Positions 49,330-62,200 of a stretch of 64,000 nucleotides of DNA are shown here, piece after piece. Under the pieces are notes generated by a model. The model was not told where the DNA came from and did not search any database. It saw only the letters and a program-made list of their open reading frames with translations. The stretch lies in the NCBI RefSeq assembly GCF_963921235.1, contig NC_086097.1, forward strand, positions 171,122,001 to 171,186,000, given 5' to 3'. Both the position numbers and the translations under genes were made by a program. The stretch's first letter is position 1. Each line of letters starts with the position of its first letter. The DNA comes from Mobula hypostoma. Its lineage: Eukaryota.

Positions 49330-51280
49330 ACAAAAAATCGTCAAAGAGGATTCCTAGCTGAGGGTTGCCACAACAACTACCCCTTGCTCAAAATCAGCAA
49401 AGCTGAAGAGTTGATTGTTGTCTTCATGTAGGGGAAGGAGCACAAACATACATCAGTCTAATTTGGGGGCTCGGTGGTGGAGAGGACTATTTGCTTTAAA
49501 TTGTTGGGCGTTAACATATTGCATGATCCATCCTAGTCCAAGCACATAGAAGCAATTACAAGGAAAGTGTGCCAGTATCCTTACTGGAACATATGACAAT
49601 AATCTGAATCTAGCTAGGAGATTAAGAAGATGTAGCTTGTCACTCTAGTCAACTTCTATGGATATGCTGCCGCACTCCCAATCACTACTTCAGTACAGCA
49701 ACACTATGACCACTTTGCAACTTTGGAATTTTGTTCTACTTAACATAGAACATAGAACATAGAATAGTACAGCACACTACAGGCCCTTTGGCCCACAATG
49801 TTGTGCCGACCCTCAAACCCTGCCTCCCATATAACCCCCCACCTTAAATTCCTCCATATACCTGTCTAGTAGTTTCTTAAACTTCACGAGTGTATCTGCC
49901 TCCACCACTGACTCAGGCAGTGCATTCCACGCACCAACCACTCTCTGAGTAAAAAAAACTTTCCTCTAATATCCCCCTTGAATTTCCCACCCCTTACCTT
50001 AAAGTCATGTCCTCTTGTACTGAGCAGTGGTGTCCTGGGGAAGAGGCGCTGGCTATCCACTCTATCTATTCCTCTTATTATCTCGTACACCTCTATCATA
50101 TCTTCTCTCATCTTCCTTCTCTCCAAAGAGTAAAGCCCTAGCTCCCTTAATCTCCAATCATAATGCATACTCTCTAAACCAGGCAGCATCCCGGTAAATC
50201 TCCTCTGTACCCTTTCCAATGCTTCCACATCCTTCCTGTAGTGAGGCAACCAGAACTGGACACAGTACTCCAGTTGTGGCCTAACTAGTGTTTTATAGAG
50301 CTGCATCATTACATCGCGACTCTTAAATTCTATCCCTCGACTTATGAAAGCTAACATCCCATAAGCTTTCTTAACTACCTATCTACCTGTGAGGCAACTT
50401 TCAGGGATCTGTGGACATGTACCCCCAGATCCCTCTGCTCCTCCACACTACCAAGTATCCTGCCATTTACTTTGTACTCTGCCTTGGAGTTTGTCCTTCC
50501 AAAGTGTACCACCTCACACTTCTCCGGGTTGAACTCCATCTGCCACTTCTCAGCCCACTTCTGCATCCTATCAATGTCTCTCTACAATCTTCGACAATCC
50601 TCTACACTATCTACAACACCACCAACCTTTGTGTCATCTGCAAACTTGCCAACCCATCCCTCTACCCCCACATCCAGGTCATTAATAAAAATCATGAAAA
50701 GTAGAGGTCCCAGAACAGATCCTTGTGGGACACCAGTAGTTACAATCCTCCGATATGAATGTACTCCCTCCACCATGACCCTCTGCCTTCTGCAGGCAAA
50801 CCAATTCTGAATCCACCTGGCCAAACTTCCCTGGACCCCATGCCTTCTAACTTTCTGAATAAGCCTACCATGTGGAACCTTGTCAAATGCCTTACTAAAA
50901 TCCATATAGATCACATCCACTGTACTACCCTCATCTATATGCCTGGTCATCTCCTCAAAGAACTCTATCAGGCTTGTTAGACACGATCTGCCCTTCACAA
51001 AGCCATGCTGACTGTCCCTGATCAGACCATGATTCTCTAAATGCCCATAGATCCTATCTCTAAGAATCTTTTCTAGCAGCTTTCCCACCACAGACGTAAG
51101 GCTCACTGGTCTATAATTACCCGGAATATCCCTTGTACTTGTATTCTTTCTTGTAAAAATTGTCTATAATTTACAATTATCTCATGAATGTTATGTGTTT
51201 ATGATGAAACTACAGTAAGATTTTCATTGCACCAGTGCATTGATGCATTTGTGCATATGACAATAAACTTGACTTTGACC
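49330..51280 (+). mobile_element. Rex1/Babar fragment split by CR1 (49330-49740, 51134-51280)
   Basis: ISKAEELIV and FKLLGVNI remnants; the 3'UTR resumes after the CR1 and ends ACAATAAACTTGACTTTGAC. Confidence 0.7.
49742..51133 (-). mobile_element. CR1 LINE RT + 3'UTR (same subfamily as 10262-12530 and 19057-20698)
   Basis: [41 protein letters not shown]; (TTCTATG)n tail. Confidence 0.95.
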
Positions 51281-53220
51281 CTCTTTGTGAATGTTCCATA
51301 GATGTACCACCTCTCTCCCTTAGGGTGGTAGTTGGGGATGGGGGTGGTGGAATGTGGCTCTTTGGAAACTTAGTACCAAGAAGCTTCATTACTGAGGATA
51401 TTCAAGGCAAACAACCATGTTTTCTTTTAGGTCTGAAGGGAAAGAAGTGATGTGAGATCTTGTAAGAAATTGGTAAAAGCTCAGCCACAATCTTACTGAA
51501 TTATGAAATATGTGCATGAAGTTGAGTGGTTCCGTTTCTGTTTTTCTTATAAAAGTCAATTTCATCACACTTTCCTATCACCAATGGATCTGTGAATTTT
51601 GCATTTTTGAACCCCAAGAAATGATGGCTCATCATCTGCCACAAATTCACTTACCAGCTGATCCCCAGTCACTAGGAGCCCACCATTCCATGGATTGCAG
51701 CCTTTAATAACCTCACCACAGCATTCAAGTTCTCTGAGATAAACGATTCCAAAGACTTACAGCCTTCAGAACTGAGACATTTCTCTTCACTTCAATCACG
51801 TGTCCCACGGTTCTACACCAACAGTTCCAAACGTGGGAGATGTCACCCTCCCCTTCTGAGTATCAAAGATTACAGGAAGTTCTGTGAGGCTTTTGTCATA
51901 AGATAGTAGAGTCATATAGCAGGGAAAACAGGCCTTCCAGCCCTGTTAGTCCAGGCTAACCAAGTGATCCACTTAAAAGGTCCCATTTGCCTGCGTTTGA
52001 TCTGGATGCTCTCTATCCATGTACCCTGGTACAGAGTTTCGACACAAAATGTTGACAATTTCTTTCCTTCCACAGACATTGCACAACCCACTGAGCTCCC
52101 CCATAACATTGCTTCTTGCTCCAGATCTCAGCATCTCCAGTCACTGTATCTCTATCCACTTACTTGTCCAACTGGCTTTCAACAATTGTTATAGTATCTC
52201 TCTCTGGGATAGCATTCCATATCTACCCTATCTATGCATCTCATAATTTTTATACAAAATTCTACTTTATTGTGTCATTTCCATTTAGACATAGCAGCAA
52301 CTTTCTAGATTCCACTGGTGCCTGGATGAGAAGAATTTTAGACCAAAGACTATAAGTCCCAGGTGTATAATTAGGCCATTCAGCCCATCAATTCTGCCCC
52401 ACCATTCCATCATGGCTGATTTATTGTCCCTCTCAACCCCGAATGTGGATTGATCCTGAATTTATTATCCTAGGAATCACAAAAACTGTTGGCTCAATGG
52501 TAGCGGGAGATAACATTAGCACCAGCGAATAATCCAGTTAGATCAGTTGCCATGTATGGTTTCTTTCATTCAATGCTACTGATAAGTAGGATATGGAAAA
52601 TGGCTTATAAGTCTCCTGCTGAGGTAATTACACAAATAAAATTTTAAAAAAAGAACATTTAGTGGTAGAGGCAGATGCATTAGGGATTTTTAAGAGACGT
52701 TTATTTAGATAGGCACATGAAACTGAGGAAGATAGATAGATATGGACATTATGTTGGCAGAAGAAATTAGTTTAGTTGGCCATTTGATTATTAATTTAAT
52801 TGGATCTTCACATCATCGTGAGCTAAAGACATATTTCTGTGCTGCATTGTTCTATGTTCTATGTTCTGTAACGTATCCAGCATAAAGGTAGGCTCAGGGA
52901 TCTATGGAGAGCCCCAGGACTAATAAGTGACAATGAGAAGGTCAGTATTTTATTGAGGTCTATTTATGTGTGCATGTGCTAACAAGTGGAGTTTTTCTCA
53001 AGAAAGGCCAGGAACCATCCCTGAATATCAGCCTTGTACTGAGCATGACTCAACTAAAGCACCAGGATTTTTCTGCCAAGTCAAACTAGCACTGTCATTT
53101 TGCAGGAGCATGTCATAAATATCTGCTACAATACCTGTTCATAGTTCTTTATGTGTAAATAAATGGATTAATTAAAACTTCTTTTATGTAAGGAAATATT
53201 GTTATACATGTAGCAGGTTA

Positions 53221-56086
53221 CATGCAACAACCATGGCATATTCTGACAAAGACAAGGAGTCCTTCTATCACGAACTGGCTGAAGTAACTGATAATGTCCC
53301 TAGGGCAGACAAGCTGCTCATCTTGGGGGATTTCAATGCCAGGGTAGGCAAGGATCACAGTACCTATGAAGGTGTCATTGGCAAATTTGGTAAAGGCAAA
53401 AAGAACACCAATGGTGACCTTATGCTAAACTTTTGCGCTCAGAGGGAATTGTGAGTTACCAACACTTTATTTTGTCAACCTGAGAAGAAGTACTTCACTA
53501 GATGCACCCAAGGTCAAAGCATCTCCATTTGCTTGACTACATTGTGACTCGCAGAGCAGATATGCCGGAGGTTCTATCGACAAAAGCAATGTGTGGAGCA
53601 GAGTGCTCATCTGATCATTACATGATACGATCACAACCTAGACTTAAACTGCTGCTGCCAAGGTGAAAAACGCCCAGTGAGGCACCCAAGAAATTGGATG
53701 TCAACAAGTTGGCCAGTGAGGAACATCAGTGGAGACTTGGCACAGCATTGACATTATCTCTCCAAGAAGACAAAAGCCCTCTCAATGACCCAACCAATAT
53801 TGAAAAATGCTGGAAGCAGCTCAAGAAAGCCATCCATTCAACTGCAAGTGCGGTGCTTGGTCACACTAAGAGAAAAACTCCTGACTGGTTTCAAGAACAA
53901 AATGTTTCAATTCAAGAGCTGTTGAAGATGAAACAAAGGCTTTATATGTGTCATTTGAAAGAGAGCTCTGAAAGAAGCAAAGCAGCATTTAAGACCGTGA
54001 AAGCCAAAGTTCAAAGGGAGATCAGGGCTATAAAGAACAACTGGTGGAATAAGAAAGCGGAAGAACTGCAAGCAATGTCAGACGGGAATAATTACCATGG
54101 GCTCTTCTCAGGACTGAAAGCTATCTATGGTCCAAGAAGCAATACAGTGGCCCCAGTAAAAACTGCAGATGGGAGCAAGCTATGCACTGACAGGGAAGAC
54201 ATCATTGAGTAATGGAGGGAACACTTCTGTAACCTTCTAAACCAACAAGGTGCGGCTGACTGCAATGCATGTAAAAGACTCACAATTAGACCGGTAAGAG
54301 AAGAGGTATGTGAACTCATCACTATGACAACTTAATAAGGCTTTAAAAGACACCAGAAGTGGTAAAGCACCCGGGCAAGACATCATTCCATCAGATGTAC
54401 TGAAGCAAGGTGGTCCTGCTCTGAAGACTGAACTGTTGAACTTATATAATGCTTGTTGGCAGAGACAATGTCTCCTTCAGGACTTCAAAGATGCGCTGAT
54501 AGTCACCATCCATAAGAAGAAAGGTGACTGTAGTGTTTGTGGAAACCACTGAGGAATCTCCCTTCTGTCCACAGCTGGCAAGGTTATGGCGAAGATACTG
54601 CTCCACCGGCTCTAGATCATCTCAGAAGATGTGCTTCCTGAAAGCCAATGTGGCTTTAGGGCTGGAAGAGCAACCACTGACATAATTTTTACTTTGAGGC
54701 AACTCCAGGAGAAGGCGGTAGAACAGCAGCAACCATTGTACATTGTCTTTGTTGATTTCTCACAAGCATTTGATACAGTGGAGAGAGAAACACTCTAGGA
54801 GGTGCTCATGGCTGACCAGATAGGCTGGTTACGATGATCAAGTTACTTCATGAGAACATGTCTGGCAAAGTATCTATCGGAGGAGAAATCAGCAAAGCCT
54901 TCACCATGAACCATGGGGTAAAGCAGGGATGCGTTCTTGCTCCAACTTTGTTCACACCATATCTTGCTGCAGTTTTGGAAATAATGGACCACAATTTGGA
55001 CAATGGTGTGTACATCAGGACTTGCTCAGATGGAAAATTGTTCAACCTGTCAAGATTCAAAGCCTCAACCAAATCAAGAGAGGTATGTGTCAGAGAGCTT
55101 CTGTATGCAGACGGCTCAGCCCTGGTGTTAATGTGATTCAAGAAATTGTAGACCGCTTCTCGTTTGCTGCCACTCTTTTTGGCCTAGGAATCAATGTCTC
55201 CAAAACCGAACTTCTGTACCAGCCTCTTCATCTGTGTAGTCCCAGTGAGACCCAGCCACCAGTCATATCGGTCAATGGGGTAGTGCTGAAATATTCTGAC
55301 TCTTTCACATACTTAGGAAGTGCTGTGACCAACACCAACTCATCAGATCTGGAAGTTGAGAGGAGAATTCAATCAGCTACAAAAGTCCTTGGTGCTTTGC
55401 AGAAGCGACTTTGGTCTTGCCACGACATTAAAATGGCAACCAAGGTCAAAGTGTATAACACAGCTGTTTTACCATCTCTGCTTTATTCAACTGAAACAAT
55501 GACATTGTATCAGAGGCACTTCAAGAAATTGACCAAGACACAACATAGGCATTTACGCCAAATATTACACATCAAGTGGCAAGAGAGGGTACCAGATGTG
55601 GAGGTGCTCAAGCGTGCTGGGACAGTCAGCGTAGAATCACTCATTACAGCTTCTCAGCTGCGTTAGACTGGTCATGTCACAAAAATGAGCGATGATCGTT
55701 TACCCAAAGCTGTTTTCTCTGGTGAGCTACCTGAAGGAAAGAGGAAGCATGGTGGTCAGAAGCTGCCCTACAAAGATGTGCTCAAGCACCACATGAAGAA
55801 CACTGACATGAATGTCAACACCCGGGAGAAAGATGCTTTGCACAGAAGAGGCTGGCACTGCATTGTCAAGAAATCAATCCCAGCTATCGAGGAGAAAAGG
55901 CAGAAGAAATATGAAGCAGGTCATGAACGCAGACATTCGGTGCTAGACCAGTCAAATCATAAATGCAACCGATGTGGGAGACAGTGCCGATCCAGTGCTG
56001 GTCTTGTGGCCCATAAATGTGCCTGCAGAGACTAAACTCTCAGCACAGTCAACATCGAAATCGATGGACAGCCGAAGAAAAGAAGA
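53221..56086 (+). mobile_element. RTE-clade LINE, 5'-truncated pseudogene (APE-RT-C-terminal Zn finger)
   Basis: LILGDFNARVG, SDHY, LPESQCGFR, GVKQGCVLAPTLF, ELLYADG, FTYLGS, CNRCGRQCRSSAGLVAH; 3' hairpin CATCGAAATCGATG and (GAA)n tail. Confidence 0.95.
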
Positions 56087-57519
56087 TGTTGCCAAATGAA
56101 GACAAAATCAAACCAATGTTGTACTTTTATGTTTCCTTATGACCCTAATTTTTCATCTATGCAACACACTGTCTTGTCTTGCAACACACAATCATCGTTC
56201 TTGCTTTCTTTGTCAGTCCCTCTGGAATTGAGCATATTTCAATGAATTCGTCCCTGGTCCAATGAGTGTAGAACAATTCTATTCAGTCTCAAAAACTGAG
56301 CAAGGCTCTCTGATCCCAGGACTCAGTCTACCAATACCAGTATGAGAGGCCTCCCCAAGGTTTTCTTGCAGTGAACAATGATTAATGATGTATGGTTTTT
56401 ACCTAATGTACTTTAGTCTAATTCCTCTACATTCAAGTGTTGTTTAAGCAGGATTAAGTAAGAAGAGAAACAAAGACACATGTTTTCCCCAAGTTAAAGG
56501 AAATGAGAAAATTATGCATTTATGTCCCAAATGACTGATCCTCTAATGATCCTAGGGGAGTACAAGGTCTGGGATCATGATTTGAAGGGAAATGATTTCA
56601 TTAAGTAGGAATTTTAACAGAAATGCTGATCATACCAGAGCAGGCTAGGAAACAGAACTGGATACAGCACAAAAGGGACCATTCAGCCCTTTGCACACAT
56701 GCTGGTTCTCTGTGGGAACTGTCCAAAATTCCAAAAATTTTCTCTGCTTGTCAAAAGTCAAAGTCAAGTTTACTGATATCTGAACAAATGGATACATGTG
56801 ATGGAAAACTTACAACAGCATCACAGGCACATAACATCATATAATTAACATTCACAAGATAAACATAAATTAAACACATTTTTATGAAGAAAGAACACAC
56901 TTGGAATAAAGCAGAAAGAAGGGAAATAATGAGGGACAGGTTAAGTACGTTAGACCATAAGACCATAAGACCATAAGATATAGGAGCAGAAGTAAGCCAC
57001 TTGGCTCATCAAGTCTGCTCCGGCATTCTATCATGGGCTGATCCAATTCTTCCAGTCATCCCCACTCCCCTGCCTTCTCCCTGTACCCTTTGATGCCCTG
57101 GCTAATCAAGAACATATCTATCTCTGCCTTAAATGGACCCAATAACTTGGCCTCCACAACCACTCATAGCAACAAATTCCACAGATTTACCATCCTCTGA
57201 CTGAAGTAATTTCTCCGCATCTCTGTTTTAAATGGACATCCTTCAATCCTGAAGTCATGCCCTCATGTCCTAGACTCCCCTACCATGGGAAATAACTTTG
57301 CTACATCCAATCTGTTCAGACCTCTTAACATTTGGAATGTTTTTATGAGATACCCCCTCATTTCACTGTCTGTGAAAAATCATATGGCCTCTACTTTCAG
57401 GATGAGGTGATGAATTAGGAAGTTCATGGACTGTATTGGGTGGCTTCTGTCTGGAAAAGATGGTGAAAGCATGGGTTATTTTTATTGTTCATTGTGTAGT
57501 TATTCTGATATTTTTTTTA

Positions 57520-58229
57520 GAGGTGTATAAGATGATGAGAGGCATTGATCATGTGGATACTCAGAGGCTTTTTCCCAGGGCTGAAATGGTTGCCACAAGA
57601 GGACACAGGTTTAAGGTGCCGGGGAGTAAGTACAGAAGAGATGTCAGGGGTAAGTTTTTTTACGCAGAGAGTAGTGAGCACGTGGAATGGGTTGCTGGCA
57701 AGGGTAGTGGAGATGGATACAATAGGGTCTTTTCAATCTCTTTATTAATTTTAGAATATATGAACAAAACATAGCAATGATACAAATAATAGGAGATAAA
57801 TTGTTACACTTACAAACAGTAATTGTAAAGTCCAATATTGAAATTTGACAAAGCTCCCAATTATGTAAAACTAACAACGGATAAAACAGATCAAAAAAAA
57901 ACTAAAAAAAACATGAAAAAGAAAAAAAAAACCAAAACCAAAAAGAAAACCCCAACCCAAAAGAAAGACAAAATTAATCAACTAAACTAAAAGACTTGGG
58001 CAAATCTAAGAACTTAAAAATGAAAAAGAAGAAAACCTCAGTGCCAACGACTCCATTCCCCTCACGATAGGGTCTTTTAAGAGACTTTTGGATAGGTACA
58101 TGGAGCTTAGAAAAATAGAGGGCTGTGGGTAAGCCTAGTAATTTCTAAGGTAGGGACCTGTTTGGCACAACTTTGTGGGCCAAAGGGCTTGTATTGTGCT
58201 GTAGGTTTTCTATGTTTCTATGTTTCTAT
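57520..58229 (+). mobile_element. CR1 3' fragment nested in the minus-strand CR1, itself split by an L1-type insertion
   Basis: EVYKMMRGID..LFPRAE..TRGHRFKV; (TTTCTATG) tail. Confidence 0.85.
57734..58066 (-). mobile_element. L1/Tx1-type 3'UTR fragment with 12-bp TSD
   Basis: TSD ATAGGGTCTTTT at 57722-57733 and 58067-58078. Target reads TT/AAAA on the minus strand; AATAAA near the 3' end; T-rich UTR. Confidence 0.8.
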
Positions 58230-59237
58230 TTTTCATTTCCCTGAACTCCAGGGAATACAGCCCAAGAGCTGCCTGACGTTCTTCATAAGGTTACCTTTTC
58301 ACTCCTGGAATCATTCTCGTGAATCTTCTCTGAATCCTCTCCAATGTCAGTATATCCTTTCTAAAACAAGGAGTACAAAGCTGCATACAATACTCCCAGT
58401 GTGGTCTCACGAATGTCTTATAGAGCTTCAACATCATACCCCTGCTCCAATATTCCAGACCTCCAGAAAAGAATGCCAACATTGCATTCGCCTTCTTCAC
58501 CACCGACTCAACCTGGAGGTTAACCTTTTGAGTATCCTGCACAAGGACTCCCAAGTCCCTTTGCATCTCTGCATTTTGAATTTTATCCCATCTAAATAAT
58601 AGTCTGCCTGTTTATTTCTTCCACCAAAGTGCATGATCATACACTTTCCACATTGTATTTCATTTGTCACTTCTTTGCCCATTCCCCTAAACTATCTAGG
58701 TCTCTCTGCAGGCTCTCTGTTTCCACAACACTATCCGCTCCTCCACCTACCTTTATATCCTTGGCAAATTTAGCCACAAATCCATTAATATTGTAGTCCA
58801 AATTATTGACATACATCATAAAAAGCAGTGGTCCCAACGCTGACCCCTATGGAACTCCACTGGTAACCGACAGCCAGCCAGAATAGGATCCCTTTATTCC
58901 CACTCTCTGTTTTTTGCCAAACATCCAGTGCTCCACCCATACTAGTAAACCCCCTGTAATTCCATGGGCTCTTATCTTGCTAAGCAGCCTCATGATCGAC
59001 ACCTTGTCAAAGGCCTTCTGAAAATCCAAGTACACCACATCTACTGCATCTCCTTTGTCTACCCTGCCTGTAATTTCCTCAAAAAATTTCAGTAGGTTAG
59101 CCAGGCAGGATCTTCCTTTCAGGAAACCATGCTGGCTTTGGCCTATCTTGTCACATGCCTCCAGATATTCTGTAATCTCGTCCCTTACAATCGATTCCAA
59201 CAACTTCCCAACCACTTATGTCAAGCTAACAGGTCTA

Positions 59238-62200
59238 TAGAAATATATGGAAATATAAGGATGGAGATAAAGGGAAAGTGAGAATAAGAAAAGTTAAGAA
59301 AGACAGCAGAATCAACAGAGCAGAAAGCTCAAGAAAAAGTGAAATAGGAATTGATATGGGAGGTGAGGGGAGTAATGAACTAAAAGTATTGTATATGAAT
59401 GCACGGAGTATAAGAAATAAAGTGGATGAGCTTGAGGCACAGTTGGAAATTGGTAAGTATGATGTTGTGGGAATAAGAGACATGGCTTCAAGTGGACAGG
59501 GCCTGGGAAATGAATATTCAAGGGTATACGTCCTATCGAAAGGACAGGCTGATACGCAGAGGGGGTGGGGTGGCTTATTGGTGAGGAATGATATTCAGTC
59601 CCTTGCGAGGGGGGACATAGAATCAGGAGACGTAGAGTCAGTATGGATAGAACTGAGAATTTCTAAGGGTAGAAAGACCCTAATGGGAGTTATCTACAGG
59701 CCCCCAAACAGTAGCCTGGAAGCACGGTGTAAGTTGAATCAAGAGTTAAAATTGGCATGTCACAAAGGTAATGCTACAGTTGTTATGGGGGATTTCAACA
59801 TGCAGGTAGACTGGAGGAATCAGGTTGGTACTGGACCCAAGAAAGGGAGTCTGTGGAGTCCCTCCGAGATGGATTCTTAGAACAGCTTGTACTGGAGCCT
59901 ACCAGAGAGAACGCAATTCTAGATTTAGTGTTGTGCAATGAACCGGTTTTGATCAGGGACCTCGAGGCAAAGGAGCCATTAGGAGGTAGTGACCATAATA
60001 TGATAAGTTTTAATCTACAATTTGAGAGGGAGAAGGGAAACTCAGAAGTGTCAGTATTACAGTTGAACAAAGGGAACTATGGTGCTATGAGGGAGGAGCT
60101 GGCCAAAGTTCAATGGAACAATACTCTAACAGGGATGACAGTGGAACAGCAATGGCAAGTGTTTCTGTGAATAATGCGGAAGAAACATAGAAACATAGAA
60201 ACATAGAAAATAGGTGCAGGAGTAGGCCATTCGGCCCTTCGAGCCTGCACTGCCATTTATTATGATCATGGCTGATCATCCAACTCAGAACCCCGCCCCA
60301 GCCTTCCCTCCATACCCCCTGACCCCTGTAGCCCCAAGGGCCATATCTAACTCCCTCTTAAATATAGCCAATGAACTGGCCTCAACTGTTTCCTGTGGCA
60401 GAGAATTCCACAGATTCACCACTCTCTGTGTGAAGAAGTTTTTCCTAATCTCAGTCCTAAAAGGCTTCCCCTCTATCCTCAAACTGTGGCCCCACGTTCT
60501 GGACTTCCCCAACATCGGGAACAATCTTCCTGCATCTAGCCTGTCCAATCCCTTTAGGATTTTATACTTTTCAATCAGATCCCCCCTCAATCTTCTAAAT
60601 TCCAACGAGTACAAGCCCAGTTCATCCAGTCTTTCTTCATATGAAAGTCCTGCCATCCCAGGAATCAATCTAGTGAACCTTCTTTGTACTCCCTCTATGG
60701 CAAGGATGTCTTTCCTCAGGTTAGGGAACCAAAACTGCACACAATACTCCAGGTGTGGTCTCACCAAGGCCTTGTACAACTGCAGTAGTACCTCCCTGCT
60801 CCTGTACTCGAATCCTCTCGCTATAAATGCCAGCATACCATTTGCCTTTTTCACCGCCTGCTGTACCTGCATGCCCACTTTCAATGACTGGTGTATAATG
60901 ACACCCAGGTCTCGTTGCACCTCCCCTTTTCCTAATCGGCCACCATTCAGATAATAATCTGTTTTCCTATTTTTGCCACCAAAGTGGATAACTTCACATT
61001 TATCCACATTAAATTGCATCTGCCATGAATTTGCCCACTCACCCAACCTATCCAAGTCACCCTGCATCCTCTTAGCATCCTCCTCACAGCTAACACTGCC
61101 ACCCAGCTTCGTGTCATCCGCAAACTTGGAGATGCTGCATTTAATTCCCTCATCCAAGTCATTAATATATATTGTAAACAACTGGGGTCCCAGCACTGAG
61201 CCTTGCGGTACCCCACTAGTCACCGCCTGCCATTCTGAAAAGGTCCCGTTTATTCCCACTCTTTGCTACCTGTCTGCTAACCAATTCTCCACCCACACCA
61301 ATACCTTACCCCCAATACCGTGTGCTTTAAGTTTGCACACTAATCTCCTGTGTGGGACCTTGTCAAAAGCCTTTTGAAAATCCAAATATACCACATCCAC
61401 TGGTTCTCCCCTATCCACTCTACTAGTTACATCCTCAAAAAATTCTATGAGATTCGTCAGACATGATTTTCCTTTCACAAATCCATGCTGACTTTGTCCG
61501 ATCATTTTACCGCTTTCCAAATGTGCTGTTATCACATCCTTGATAATTGACTCCAGCAGTTAGCCCACCACCGACGTTAGGCTAACCGGTCTATAATTCC
61601 CCGGTTTCTCTCTCCCTCCTTTTTTAAAAAGTGGAGTTACATTAGCCACCCTCCAATCCTCAGGAAGTAGTCCAGAATCTAACGAGTTTTGAAAAATTAT
61701 AACTAATGCATCCACTATTTCTTGGGCTACTTCCTTAAGCACTCTGGGATGCAGACCATCTGGCCCTGGGGATTTATCTGCCTTCAATCCCTTCAATTCA
61801 CCTAATACCACTTCCCTACTAACATGTATTTCGCTCAGTTCCTCCATCTCACTGGACCCTCTGTCCCCTACTATTTCTGGAAGATTATTTATGTCTTCCT
61901 TAGTGAAGACAGAACCAAAGTAATTATTCAATTGGTCTGCCATGTCCTTGCTCCCCATAATCAATTCACCTGTTTCTGACTGTAGGGGACCTACATTTGT
62001 CTTTACCAGTCTTTTCCTTTTTACATATCTATAAAAGCTTTTACAGTCCGTTTTTATGTTCCCCGCCAGTTTTCTCTCATAATCTTTTTTCGCCTTCCTA
62101 ATTAAGCCCTTTGTCCTCCTCTGCTGAACTCTGAATTTCTCCCAGTCCTCAGGTGAGCCACTTTCTCTAGCTAATTTGTATGCTTCTTCTTTGGAATTGA

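Larger units (their letters stand above)
56952..59237 (-). mobile_element. CR1 LINE RT + 3'UTR, interrupted at ~57364-58232
   Basis: [35 protein letters not shown]; (CTTATGGT)3 tail. Confidence 0.9.

Noticed and set aside
60262..61377. Long plus-strand ORFs (230 aa, 134 aa) and similar ones at 11313, 19647, 50411
   Set aside because: Antisense shadows of CR1 ORF2, not genes.
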